The translations under genes and the position numbers were made by a program. The notes under the pieces are model-generated. The model was not told where the DNA came from. It saw only the letters and a list, made by a program, of their open reading frames with translations, and did not search any database. From an uncultured delta proteobacterium (GTDB taxonomy: Bacteria; Desulfobacterota; Desulfobaccia; Desulfobaccales; 0-14-0-80-60-11), in the NCBI GenBank assembly GCA_963709285.1, contig CAVPVR010000002.1, positions 65,491 through 129,490 on the forward strand: 64,000 bases of DNA. Direction: 5' to 3'. Positions 21,438-30,832 of this stretch are shown in pieces (within the stretch, counting starts at the first letter, position 1; each line of letters starts with the position of its first letter).

Positions 21438-22154
21438 ATGGCGAAGTTGGAAGTGAATGTGGATCATGTGGCGACGTTGCGTCAAGCCCGGAGGATTGAT
21501 GAGCCCGACCCGGTGCATGCTGCGGTGCTGGCGGAGCTGGCCGGCTGTGACGGTATTATTGTGCATTTGCGGGAAGACCGACGTCACATCCAGGACCGGG
21601 ACCTGCGACTCCTGCGGCAGACGGTGAAGACCCGGCTCAACCTGGAAATGGCGGCCACCGAGGAGATGCTGAGAATTGCCTCGGAAGTCAAGCCGGACTT
21701 GGTCACCCTGGTGCCGGAAAAAAGGCAGGAACTCACCACTGAGGGTGGCCTGAATGTCTTGGGTCAGCAGGAACCGCTGCGGGAGTTCATCAGCAAACTC
21801 AAGGAAGTAAATCTTGAAGTCAGCCTTTTTGTGAACCCGGATCCCGCCCAGATCACTGCGTCAAGGGAGGTGGGGGCCGCCTGGGTGGAACTCCACACCG
21901 GCATCTACGCTGAAGCCGCAGGAGAAGCCGAGACCCTGAAGCTCTTTGATGAACTTCTGGATGCAGCCCGCCACGCCAGAAGCCTGGGCCTGAGAGTCAA
22001 GTGCGGCCACGGCCTCAATTATCGGAACCTGAAGCTTTTCCGGGGCCGTCCGGAGTTCGAGGAATTCAGTATCGGTCACAGTATTATCAGCCGGGCGGTG
22101 TTAGTGGGTATGGAGCGGGCCGTGCGGGAGATGCTGGAACTTATTAAACCGTGA
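21438..22154 (+). CDS. pdxJ: Pyridoxine 5'-phosphate synthase
   Basis: The [18 protein letters not shown] start and a full-length 238-aa PdxJ pattern. Confidence 0.95.
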   Translation: MAKLEVNVDHVATLRQARRIDEPDPVHAAVLAELAGCDGIIVHLREDRRHIQDRDLRLLRQTVKTRLNLEMAATEEMLRIASEVKPDLVTLVPEKRQELTTEGGLNVLGQQEPLREFISKLKEVNLEVSLFVNPDPAQITASREVGAAWVELHTGIYAEAAGEAETLKLFDELLDAARHARSLGLRVKCGHGLNYRNLKLFRGRPEFEEFSIGHSIISRAVLVGMERAVREMLELIKP

Positions 22155-22169
22155 AGTAAAGGAGAGGTT

Positions 22170-22727
22170 ATGGAAACAACCGGGGAACGCCCTCAGGCGC
22201 CAGAGACCAACGAACCCGAAATCATGAAATCCCTGACCTTGGGAATTGTGGGAGACCTGGGGAGGCTCTTCAAAGAACATGGCTTGGGCCAAAAACCCAT
22301 TAGAATTTTGGAAGCCATAGTTTTCGCCATGTTCGTGGTCACCGAGGCCTTTGTCTCCGTTAAAAAAGGGCTGGACCAGGCCCAGGAGTCTCTGGACCTT
22401 TTTCACGAAGACATGACGGAATATATCTTTAAAGAATACTTGTTCAAGCAACAGAAAGCCAAGGACATGGAGGAGATCAACGCCCACTTGAGCCAGTTCC
22501 GGGAGTTAATTAATCAGCGCTACCAGGAGTATCGCCAGAATTTCCTGGAAGATTACCAGGACCAGCAGTTGGGTTTTCGCCGCACCCTCACCGCTCTCTC
22601 GGGCCACCTCCTGCAAGAGCCTCTGCCGGAGGGCGAAGAGCAAGACCGCCTCATTTCTGTATTTTCTGTGAAGCTGGCCCATTTCTGGTCAGGCTGCATG
22701 AGTTCCTTTCAACCCGAGTCAGGCTGA
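22170..22727 (+). CDS. Hypothetical protein
   Basis: 185-aa ORF with coding-like composition, 15 nt after pdxJ. No family recognised. Confidence 0.5.
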   Translation: METTGERPQAPETNEPEIMKSLTLGIVGDLGRLFKEHGLGQKPIRILEAIVFAMFVVTEAFVSVKKGLDQAQESLDLFHEDMTEYIFKEYLFKQQKAKDMEEINAHLSQFRELINQRYQEYRQNFLEDYQDQQLGFRRTLTALSGHLLQEPLPEGEEQDRLISVFSVKLAHFWSGCMSSFQPESG

Positions 22728-22734
22728 CAGCAAA

Positions 22735-22800
22735 CCTGGCTCGGGCTCAGGGGTGGGTGGCACAGGCTTCCAGCCTGTGCTATCTTTTTTGTGTGATAAT
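22735..22800. repeat. Copy of the GGCTTCCAGCCTGTG repeat family
   Basis: CACAGGCTTCCAGCCTGTGC is shared with 46812-46830 and, inverted, with 55088-55106. Confidence 0.55.
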
Positions 22801-22859
22801 TGCCCTCCCCCGGAGCATAAGGCACTTAAGCTTGATGCTCTGACCGTGAGCGAAAAAAT

Positions 22860-23726
22860 ATGGCTTTCATAGACCTTCACACCCATTCCAACGCCTCCGA
22901 CGGGTCTTGCCCGCCTCGGGAGGTGGTGCGCCTGGCCAAAGAACGGGGACTGCAGGCCCTGGCCCTCACGGACCACGACACCATTGACGGGCTGGCTGAA
23001 GCGGTGGCCGCCGGGCGGGAGTTTGGTCTGGAGATCATCCCCGGGGTGGAGATCAGCGCCAAACACCCCATCGGCTCCATGCACATTTTGGGGTATTTCC
23101 TGGACTACGAGAGTGAGCTGCTGGCCCAGCGCCTGGCGGTCCTGAAACAGGCCCGTAAGGACCGCAACCCCCAGATCATCGCCAAACTCAACAAGCTGGG
23201 CATCCCTCTCACCATGGAGCAGGTGGAGCGTATTTCCGGCGGCGGCCAAATGGGCCGGCCCCACATTGCCCGGGCTCTTTATGAGAGCGGCTTGGTGCGC
23301 TCCATCCAGGAGGCCTTTGACATTTATCTGGGGAACCACGGCCTGGCTTATGTGAGCAAGTTCCGCTTTCCTCCTGAAGAAGCTATGGCCATGATTCGGG
23401 AGGCGCGAGGCATTCCCGTCCTGGCCCACCCCTTCACCCTGGGCCTTCACACCTCCGAAACCCTGAGACCCCTCCTTAAGGAACTCAAGGCCCTGGGCCT
23501 GGCCGGAGTGGAGTGCTACTACCCCGAACACTCCTTTGGCCAGGAAGCCCTTTACCTTTACCTGGCCCGGGAGCTGGGCTTGCTCATCACCGGGGGCTCC
23601 GACTTCCACGGCGACAATAAGCCGGAGGTGACCCTGGGCCGCATCACCTGCCAGCCCCTCCTCGTCTACGACCTGGTGGTGGCCATGAAGCAGTGGCGGG
23701 AAAAAGAATTTGGGGGAGGGGGCTAA
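22860..23726 (+). CDS. PHP-domain phosphoesterase (TrpH/YciV-like)
   Basis: The IDLHTHSNASDGS N-terminal metal motif and later HP...GGSDFHG. Confidence 0.8.
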   Translation: MAFIDLHTHSNASDGSCPPREVVRLAKERGLQALALTDHDTIDGLAEAVAAGREFGLEIIPGVEISAKHPIGSMHILGYFLDYESELLAQRLAVLKQARKDRNPQIIAKLNKLGIPLTMEQVERISGGGQMGRPHIARALYESGLVRSIQEAFDIYLGNHGLAYVSKFRFPPEEAMAMIREARGIPVLAHPFTLGLHTSETLRPLLKELKALGLAGVECYYPEHSFGQEALYLYLARELGLLITGGSDFHGDNKPEVTLGRITCQPLLVYDLVVAMKQWREKEFGGGG

Positions 23727-23849
23727 GGGTCGCACAAGGTAAATACCCCCCTTCCCAAGCCTACACAACCAATACCGTTCATAATTACCAGTAAGCAGTG
23801 ACCAGTGACCAGAAAAAGATAATCACTGAGCACTGACTGCTGGCTCCTG

Positions 23850-23915
23850 GACTTATGGGGGTGTGGGGGGGAGGGCGAGGGCTGCGCTCCCTGGCCCTCC
23901 CCCCATATCTTTCCC
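23850..23915. repeat. G/C-tract hairpin repeat copy
   Basis: GGGGGGGAGGGCGAGGGCTGCGCTCCCTGGCCCTCCCCCC is palindromic and lies just downstream of the queA stop. Confidence 0.5.
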
Positions 23916-23917
23916 CC

Positions 23918-24979
23918 TCACACAATCAACATGCAGTCGCCGTAGCTATAGAAGCGGTAGCAATGCCGGATGGCGTCTTGATAGGCCTCAAGGATCAGGT
24001 CCCGGCCGGCGAAGGCGGCCACCAGCAGCAGCAAGGTGGACCGGGGCAGGTGGAAGTTGGTGAGGAGCTGGTCCACGGCCTGAAACCGGTAGGCAGGGAA
24101 GATGTAGAGGCCGCACCAGCCTTCTTGAGGGATGAAGCCCTGGGGCCCGGCGCAGTGCTCCAGGACCCGTACGCTGGTGGTGCCCACGGCCACCAGCCGT
24201 TTGCCTGTCGCCCGGGCCTGGTTGAGGCGCTGGGCGGTCGTGGCCGGCAGAATAAAATATTCCGGCTGCAACTGATGTTGGGTGTAGTCGGGGGTACGTA
24301 CCGGGAGGAAGGTCCCGGGCCCCACGTGAAGAGTAAGAGCAGCCGTTTCGATGCCGCGGTTTTTTAGTTTCGCCAGGACCTCTGGAGTGAAGTGCAGCCC
24401 CGCCGTAGGCGCGGCGATGGCGCCTGGTTGGGCGGCATACACGGTCTGGTAGCGGTCCTGATCCGCCGTCTCCGGAGCCCGGCGGATATAGGGCGGCAGG
24501 GGCACTTCCCCCCGGGCCAGGATTGCCTGGCAGACATCCCCGGCCGTGGTTCGGAAGCGCACCTCGGCCACCCCCGACCCCACCAGCGCGGTGATTTCCC
24601 CCTCCAACTCGGTGTCAAAGTGCAGCACCAGGCCCACCCTGAGACGATGGCCCCGGTAGCTGGCTTGGACCTGGACCATATTGGGGTTATGGCCCGACTT
24701 TACTGATTCGGGCAGATGGTGCAGAAGCAGCTCTACCTTGCCACCGCTGGCCTTGCGGCCATAAAGACGAGCCGGAAAGACCCGGGTGTCGTTGAGAATG
24801 AGAAAATCCCCTTCAGCCAAAATCTCAGGGAGTTCCGCAAAAGCGCGGTGCTGCCAGGACTGACGGGCCCGGTCCACCACCATCAGGCGGGAGTCCTCCC
24901 GGCGGGTGGCAGGGTGCTGGGCGATGAGCCCGGGGGGAAGGTGGTAGTCAAAATCGGTGAGGGTGAATGGCATTTTCAT
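23918..24979 (-). CDS. queA: S-adenosylmethionine:tRNA ribosyltransferase-isomerase
   Basis: The FDYHLPPGLIAQHP start and a full-length 353-aa QueA pattern ending ...RFYSYGDCMLI. Confidence 0.95.
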   Translation of the reverse strand: MKMPFTLTDFDYHLPPGLIAQHPATRREDSRLMVVDRARQSWQHRAFAELPEILAEGDFLILNDTRVFPARLYGRKASGGKVELLLHHLPESVKSGHNPNMVQVQASYRGHRLRVGLVLHFDTELEGEITALVGSGVAEVRFRTTAGDVCQAILARGEVPLPPYIRRAPETADQDRYQTVYAAQPGAIAAPTAGLHFTPEVLAKLKNRGIETAALTLHVGPGTFLPVRTPDYTQHQLQPEYFILPATTAQRLNQARATGKRLVAVGTTSVRVLEHCAGPQGFIPQEGWCGLYIFPAYRFQAVDQLLTNFHLPRSTLLLLVAAFAGRDLILEAYQDAIRHCYRFYSYGDCMLIV

Positions 24980-25275
24980 CTACCAGGGAAAATCCCCTGA
25001 CTAAATTAACCAGGAAACAAGCGGTTGCGGCCCCTTGCATTTTCTCGGGTAAAATAATCACACCCCGCGCCCACGATGGCCAGCGCCTGCAAATGATCGC
25101 CTCCTGGTCAGGGTTGGATAAGATTGGCTGTGAATGGCATTCGGGCTCCGACCAGAGGATTTTTGTCAACCTGCAACTCATTTTAATATAATAAATTGCA
25201 GAGCCACCAATTGAAAATTTTTCGGGACATAAAGGATATCAACAAACCCCATGATGAGGTTCCGGATGCAAAGGG

Positions 25276-25512
25276 ATGGCAATCATGTTTAACCTGGAGG
25301 ATTTTCGGGCCGGAAGTTACGGGGTGCCTTATTCCTGCGCCGGGGAACTGCCGGCCTGCTGTTTTCAGTGCTGGTACTTGATTCACCAAGAGTCCCAGGT
25401 GTGTTACTGTGACGCTCCGTTTTACTATTATTGCGGTTATTCCTGGCCGGACAAGCTCACCCAGACCATCCCGCCCTGCCTAGAAAAGGCGAAGGGGCTG
25501 GCGACCATCTGA
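25276..25512 (+). CDS. Hypothetical small Cys/aromatic-rich protein
   Basis: The 75-78 aa ORF contains CAGELPACCFQCWYL...CYCDAPFYYYCGYSWPD. An AAGGGA RBS lies about 8 nt before the internal ATG at 25285. No family recognised. Confidence 0.3.
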   Translation: MAIMFNLEDFRAGSYGVPYSCAGELPACCFQCWYLIHQESQVCYCDAPFYYYCGYSWPDKLTQTIPPCLEKAKGLATI

Positions 25513-25670
25513 AGGGGTCTGGGGGGGACGCAGGGAGAAAGGAAACCTTTCCCCTGAGGCTGCAGGAGATAGAGAAAAGCGCTTTATTGAGGAAATGGCA
25601 GGTAATAACCGGAACTTTAATCCTGTGGGGGCGCCTTCTTCGCAGGAGCAAAGTTTGGACCGCGGGCTTT

Positions 25671-25793
25671 TCAGAAAACCGTGGCAAACATGTGGTTATG
25701 ATAGGCGTAAGTGAGGGATAAACACCAGAAGGCCAGGATCAGGTCGAGGCTCCAGAAGATCACGATAAGTCGGTCGATGAGTCTGGGTTTCAT
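25671..25793 (-). CDS. Possible 40-aa hydrophobic peptide (below the ORF-track cutoff)
   Basis: Own translation gives MKPRLIDRLIVIFWSLDLILAFWCLSLTYAYHNHMFATVF, with a GAAAGGGA-like RBS upstream. It could be chance. Confidence 0.2.
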   Translation of the reverse strand: MKPRLIDRLIVIFWSLDLILAFWCLSLTYAYHNHMFATVF

Positions 25794-25906
25794 GGCAGGT
25801 CCCTTTCGGGATTGAGGTAATATCAAGAAATGTACCAAATGCCATGTAATTGAAATATTTATATTTATTGGATTACTAGGGGTTGCGGCGTGTTCAAAAA
25901 GTAAAT

Positions 25907-25922
25907 ACTTTGTTTACAAAGT
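25907..25922. promoter_or_regulatory. Perfect palindrome ACTTTGT-TT-ACAAAGT in an AT-rich region
   Basis: 16-bp dyad read directly, about 250 nt upstream of the fwdB-like gene. Its half-site ACTTTG recurs upstream of the Ubl gene. Confidence 0.25.
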
Positions 25923-26171
25923 GAAACAAAGCTTGGGCTTTCTTTGATCTCTTTTTAATAATTTGTCTCACTTAATAGAGACTTTTTCCCGAAAATTCCC
26001 CCCATCATGGTTGCCTCCCCTGCAAGCCTGGCTGGTCGGTCTGCCAGATTCCACGTGACCACCTGGTTCATCTGGCCCGGCTAGGATAGCCGATCCTCCC
26101 TGAAATAATGCTGGGCATCACCAGCCAATGTTGATAATATGTAAATTGTTTAAACCAGATCAGGTGCAAGT

Positions 26172-27440
26172 ATGACCAGGGAGTCCCTTGTCTGCCCCGG
26201 ATGCAGTTGCCTCTGCGACGACCTGGACGTGACCTTGGAAAATGGCCGGATTGTGGCGGTGGCCAACGTTTGCCTCTGGGGTGCAGGCAAGTTCCTATCT
26301 ACTAAAAAATTCCACACCAAGAGTCCCCGCAGTCGGTTGACGGCCTTCCAGGTTCGGCGCCGAGGGCGCTGGCAGGAGGTGCCGTACGAGGGGGCCCTGG
26401 AAGAAGCGGCGGCCCTTCTCACCAAGGCCCGGCGCCCACTCATTTTCGGTCTTACCAACTCAGGGGTTTGGGCCCAGGAGGCAGCCCTGAAGCTGACCCG
26501 GGGGCTCAAGGCCCGCCTGGAGCCGGGTGACCTGAGCTTCATGGCTCCCTTCTACCAAGCCGTCAAGGCTCATGGCCTCTTCTGGGCGCCCCTGGAGGTC
26601 ATCCGGGACGAAGCGGACACCGTGCTTTTCTGGGGGGCCAATCCCATCCACTCTACCCCCCGGCACCTGGTGCGCTACGCCGTCTTTGCCCGGGGCCGCT
26701 TCACTGAGCGAGGGGTAGAGGATCGGCGGGTGGCGGCGGTGGATATTTATCCCACCGAACTGGGCCACTTCTGCCGCCCCTTTATCCAGGTGCAGCCCGG
26801 CCAGGAGTTGGCTTTGGCGGAAGCGCTCATTGCCCGGCTCACCGGAAGGACGGCGGAAACTGCGGCCGTCTCCGGAGTCTCGGATCTGGCCGACTTCCTG
26901 GCCCAGACCGCCTACGGCGTGATGTTCCTGGGCCGGGGGGTGAGCTACGGGCCGCATCATGAGCTGGTTGAGCGTCTGGCGACGCTGGTGGCTTGGCTCA
27001 ACCGTGAGCGCCCTTTTGCTCTCTTACCCCTTCCCGGGGATTTCAACAGTGCCGGTCTCTACCACCTGCTCCTCCAGGAACTGGGAAGTCCGGGGGCCCC
27101 GGATTTCAGTACGGGAGGGGAGGTGGTTAGTCATCTTACCCCGGTGGATTTCCAGGAGGTTGATGCCATTCTGGTTGTCGGCGCCGACCTTGTGTGGTTT
27201 TTGCGAGATGAGCAAGTTCAGGATTTGAAACGCCGCCAGGTGCCATTAGTGGTGTTGAGCCCCTTTGCCAACCGTACCACGGCCCAGGCGGCGGCGCTTT
27301 TCCCGGTGGCCCTCGAGGGGGTGGAGGTGGATGAGGTAGCCTATCGGCTGGATGGGCTGCCGGTGCCGCTTAAAGCCCCTCTATCTTCACCCTGGCCCGC
27401 AGCCCACCGGATTTTAGCCGACCTGGCCCTGTTTTGTTAA
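26172..27440 (+). CDS. Formylmethanofuran dehydrogenase subunit B-like protein (FwdB/FhcB family)
   Basis: N-terminal CPGCSCLCDDLDV cluster motif, and VLFWGANPIHSTPRHLVRYAVFARGRFTERG as conserved in Fwd/FmdB. Confidence 0.7.
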   Translation: MTRESLVCPGCSCLCDDLDVTLENGRIVAVANVCLWGAGKFLSTKKFHTKSPRSRLTAFQVRRRGRWQEVPYEGALEEAAALLTKARRPLIFGLTNSGVWAQEAALKLTRGLKARLEPGDLSFMAPFYQAVKAHGLFWAPLEVIRDEADTVLFWGANPIHSTPRHLVRYAVFARGRFTERGVEDRRVAAVDIYPTELGHFCRPFIQVQPGQELALAEALIARLTGRTAETAAVSGVSDLADFLAQTAYGVMFLGRGVSYGPHHELVERLATLVAWLNRERPFALLPLPGDFNSAGLYHLLLQELGSPGAPDFSTGGEVVSHLTPVDFQEVDAILVVGADLVWFLRDEQVQDLKRRQVPLVVLSPFANRTTAQAAALFPVALEGVEVDEVAYRLDGLPVPLKAPLSSPWPAAHRILADLALFC

Positions 27441-27470
27441 CGACTCAAGATCATGAAATAACTTTTCATA

Positions 27471-28010
27471 ATGGAGAAAAACATGACCCAAGCCGCGGCG
27501 AAAAACCCCGTGGTAATTTTGGAAACCAGCCTGGGGTCCATCAAGCTTGAACTTTTTCCCGAAAAGGCTCCGGTGACGGTGGCCAATTTCCTCGCCTACG
27601 TGCGGGAAAGCTTTTATGATGGGCTTATCTTCCACCGGATTATCTCCAACGCTATGGTCCAGGCAGGAGGCTTTAGGCCGGGTCTGGCTTACCAGGAGCC
27701 CACTCACCCTACCATTGTCAACGAAGCTCAAAACGGCCTTGCCAACGAGCGGGGTACCATTGCCATGGCCCGGGCCTTTCCCATCGATAGCGCCGCGGCC
27801 CAGTTTTTCATCAACGTGGTGGACAACTCCGACCTCGACCACCGGGGTTCGGAGCCCCAGGATTTTGGCTACGCGGTCTTTGGCCGGGTCATTGAGGGCA
27901 TGGAGGTGGTGGACAAAATGACCTGGATACCCACCGGGCCGGTGGGAGAGCATCGGAATGTGCCCCAGGAGAACATCATCATCAACAAGACCAGCGTAGT
28001 GGAGGATTGA
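27471..28010 (+). CDS. Peptidyl-prolyl cis-trans isomerase, cyclophilin type
   Basis: LFPEKAPVTVANFL...FHRII...QAGGF...GTIAMAR...SAAAQFFIN motifs. Confidence 0.9.
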   Translation: MEKNMTQAAAKNPVVILETSLGSIKLELFPEKAPVTVANFLAYVRESFYDGLIFHRIISNAMVQAGGFRPGLAYQEPTHPTIVNEAQNGLANERGTIAMARAFPIDSAAAQFFINVVDNSDLDHRGSEPQDFGYAVFGRVIEGMEVVDKMTWIPTGPVGEHRNVPQENIIINKTSVVED

Positions 28011-28027
28011 AGCCCCCGGAGCCGTTC

Positions 28028-29404
28028 ATGCGTCTGAAGATCACCGGAGGCCGGGTGTTCGACCCAGCCCAGGGCTGGCAGGGAGAGGTCCGGGACCTGT
28101 ACCTCGACGGGGACCGGATGGTCTCCCGCCTCCCCAAGGTGGATGAAGTTATCGATGCCCGGGATCAGGCGGTGGTGCCGGGAGGCATTGACCTGAGAGG
28201 ACAGGTGGCCACCTATGGCCTGAATTTCCTGCGCCTCTGGGGGATGTGCCCCAGTCCCGGAAAGCTGGGGGAGACCTACGCCACTCTGGGCTACACTCAT
28301 GTCCACGAACCCTATGTGACCCTGGCCACGGCCGCTTATGTGCATCGTGAGCTCGCGGCCCTGCCGGTGGTGGATGTGTCCGCCTCTTTGGTGGTCAACC
28401 TTCGGGACCTGGACCTCTGGCTCAGGGACACCGACAAACTGCCCGAGTTGGCGGAAACCCTTCAGTTTTTCCAGGAAAAGACTCGTACCTTGAACTTCAG
28501 GGTGGTGGAGCCCTGGGTGCGGCATCGCCAGGAGTTTTATGCGCACCGCACCCTTCCCTTGGAGGAGACCCTGGAAGTTTTGGCCCGGCTGGCTGGGGAA
28601 CTGCAAACGACCCTGGTGGTGGAGGCCTCTCCCGAGGTGCTCCGGGCTGCGCTGCCGGAGCCCCGGGCCTTCCACTTGGCCGCTCTGGGGGCGGCCCTGA
28701 GTGCAGACGACCTGGTCGAGGCCGCCCTGGCCCACCTGGAGCAAGGGACCAGCGCCGATCTAGGCCTCATGTGGCCCCAGAAAATTGCGGGAGGAAATGG
28801 CGTTCCCGTCCAGGTAGACCTGGGCTTGTGCGAGCCCTTGTCCCTGGCGCCAACCGCAGAGAAGGGTCAAGCCCGGCGGGCTCTCTCCCTGGCACTGGCC
28901 GTAGAGGGAACCACAGCGGCCTTTTCCGGGGCCGGCGCGGTGTGGGCGCCGATCAAGCACTATCCTGATTTTTTTGCCTGGTTAGGGGACCGAGAAGCCC
29001 GACAGGAGTTCTGGGGTGACGAGATAAGCCCGCGCCGGTATTCTTGGTTCGATTGGGTCCGGGCCACCCGCACCCTCCCGGCCCGGCTTCTGGGCCTGGC
29101 CGACCGGGGCCACTTGGGTCCCGGGGCCCGGGCTGATGTGGCCTTTTTTGACCTGCCTCCGGAGGGTGCTGAAGACCGCTGGCCGGAACAGGTCAGGCGT
29201 TGCCGGACACTCATCAAGGCCGGAACGGTGGTGGTGGACAATTTCAGTCTGGTCCGCCCCGAAGTCCCCAAGGCCGCCTGTTTCCGGCGCACCGGGGCGG
29301 AGTCCACGGCCCTGGTGGACGAGCTTTGCCAGTACCGGAGTTTTCGACCGGAAAACCTGTGGATGTCCGGGGACCTGGAAGGCGCCACCTGGGTGGAGGT
29401 TTAA
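28028..29404 (+). CDS. Formylmethanofuran dehydrogenase subunit A-like amidohydrolase-fold protein (FwdA/FhcA family)
   Basis: The MRLKITGGRVFDP start, VVPGGID strand, and C-terminal GLADRGHLGPGARADVAFFDL are as in Fwd/FmdA. The start was set at the ATG at 28028. Confidence 0.6.
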   Translation: MRLKITGGRVFDPAQGWQGEVRDLYLDGDRMVSRLPKVDEVIDARDQAVVPGGIDLRGQVATYGLNFLRLWGMCPSPGKLGETYATLGYTHVHEPYVTLATAAYVHRELAALPVVDVSASLVVNLRDLDLWLRDTDKLPELAETLQFFQEKTRTLNFRVVEPWVRHRQEFYAHRTLPLEETLEVLARLAGELQTTLVVEASPEVLRAALPEPRAFHLAALGAALSADDLVEAALAHLEQGTSADLGLMWPQKIAGGNGVPVQVDLGLCEPLSLAPTAEKGQARRALSLALAVEGTTAAFSGAGAVWAPIKHYPDFFAWLGDREARQEFWGDEISPRRYSWFDWVRATRTLPARLLGLADRGHLGPGARADVAFFDLPPEGAEDRWPEQVRRCRTLIKAGTVVVDNFSLVRPEVPKAACFRRTGAESTALVDELCQYRSFRPENLWMSGDLEGATWVEV

Positions 29405-29465
29405 GGTGGAGTTCTGCATTGATTCAAATTTCCCATGCATTTTCGATCGGTTTACCAAGACAATA

Positions 29466-29549
29466 CCCCCTTTTTTAAAGGGGGGCCAGGGGGGATTATA
29501 AACAATGTCATAGTAATCCCCCTAAATCCCCCTTTAGAAAAGGGGGACT
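29466..29549. repeat. About 85-bp nested-palindrome element, family A, copy 1
   Basis: CCCCCTTTTTTAAAGGGGGG...GGGGGGATTAT...ATAATCCCCCTAAATCCCCCTTTAGAAAAGGGGGAC. Near-identical copies lie at 45058-45140 and, inverted, at 44735-44820. Confidence 0.8.
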
Positions 29550-29608
29550 TAAAACAGCTTTATGGAATCCCGGTTGTATTTTAACAACGAATAATAAACC
29601 CTAATGTA

Positions 29609-30061
29609 ATGACTACCGACAAGGAACTGCTGGAATTTTTGCCCGGCACGGATTGCGGGGAGTGCGGCCTGACCTGTGCCGAATTTGCGGCTCGGTTGCT
29701 GGTCCGGGAGTCGGCTCCGGAGGACTGCCCGGTCCTGCACACTCCGGATTACGCCGGCTACATCGAGGCCCTGCATGAGCTCTTGGGAGCGGTGGCGGAA
29801 GCAGCCCCGGCGATGCACATCGATCCGGAAAAGTGCAACGGCTGCGGCATTTGCGTGGCCATGTGCGAGCATCACCTGGGAAACTGCACTGAGGCCCGTC
29901 TGGGCCGGGGTCCTCGTCCCCATGAGCAGGTGGTCTTCCACGTGGTGAACGGCACTGTGGTGGTGGTGCGCCAGGAACTCTGCGTCCGGATGCTGCAGGC
30001 TGCGGAGAAGTGCAGCAAGTGCGCCGAGCACTGCCCGACGGAGGCCATAACCTTTGGGTAG
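29609..30061 (+). CDS. Fe-S protein: RnfB-type N-terminal 4Fe-4S domain plus a ferredoxin-like domain
   Basis: LPGTDCGECGLTCAEFA (a C-x2-C-x4-C pattern as in the RnfB/CdhD Fe-S domain), then CNGCGICVAMCE and CSKCAEHCP cluster motifs. Confidence 0.7.
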   Translation: MTTDKELLEFLPGTDCGECGLTCAEFAARLLVRESAPEDCPVLHTPDYAGYIEALHELLGAVAEAAPAMHIDPEKCNGCGICVAMCEHHLGNCTEARLGRGPRPHEQVVFHVVNGTVVVVRQELCVRMLQAAEKCSKCAEHCPTEAITFG

Positions 30062-30150
30062 AGGGGATGAAGTAAACAAATTTCGCACCTCTTAAGTAGG
30101 CTTAGTGAGAAGGAATTACTGGGTAAGAAGCAGATTTTTGGAAGAAATGT

Positions 30151-30231
30151 TGTAGGGCACGTCTTACGCGCCATAAATTGGAACTAGCTGAGAATATAAC
30201 AGGAATATTGGTGCGTAAGACGCACCCTACA
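30151..30231. repeat. Inverted repeat TGTAGGGyrCGTCTTACGCrCC (arms about 22 nt, 37-nt spacer)
   Basis: The left arm at 30151-30172 and the right arm at 30210-30231 match at 19 of 22 positions as reverse complements. It lies upstream of the hdrC-like gene. Confidence 0.55.
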
Positions 30232-30328
30232 TTTACTGGTCCCTCGTTAGGAAAGGGGGAAAATGTTCTATCCTGTTGTGGTTCTTTACAAAAGAGGCTC
30301 AAACGAGGACTTTTATTATAGTTAATTA

Positions 30329-30826
30329 ATGCCCATGGACGAAACCCTGCATATCCACGAACTCGACCCCCTGTTCAAGGAAGAGGTGGCCCGGGAGCCG
30401 GGTTGCCAGCACCTGCTGCGCTGCTTCGCCTGCGGGGTGTGCACCGCCACCTGCCCGGTGGCCGAGATCGAGCCGGAGTTCAGCCCCAGCCACATCATCC
30501 GCCAGATTCTTTACGGTATGAAAGACCAACTGCTCGCGTCGCCGGCCCTCTGGTATTGTGCCCGTTGTGCGCAATGCTCCTTTTCCTGCCCCCAGGACGT
30601 GCGCTTTCTGGACATCATCCAGGGGCTGAGAAACCTGGCGGTGCGGGAAGGGGCCATCACCGCGGCACGGGCCGCCCGTCTGGCCCAGGGGGAGAAACTC
30701 ATTCAGGAACTCCGGCGCTCCCTTTTGGCGGCCCTCCTGGCGGCCCCGGAGGATGGTCTTAACCTCAAGGCGGAACTTACCCGGGCCCTGGCCGACGTTG
30801 ATATGCCGCCTCCGGAGGAGGATTAG
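30329..30826 (+). CDS. HdrC-like 2x[4Fe-4S] protein
   Basis: CFACGVCTATCP and CARCAQCSFSCP motifs with HdrC-type spacing. Confidence 0.7.
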   Translation: MPMDETLHIHELDPLFKEEVAREPGCQHLLRCFACGVCTATCPVAEIEPEFSPSHIIRQILYGMKDQLLASPALWYCARCAQCSFSCPQDVRFLDIIQGLRNLAVREGAITAARAARLAQGEKLIQELRRSLLAALLAAPEDGLNLKAELTRALADVDMPPPEED

Positions 30827-30832
30827 CCCTAA

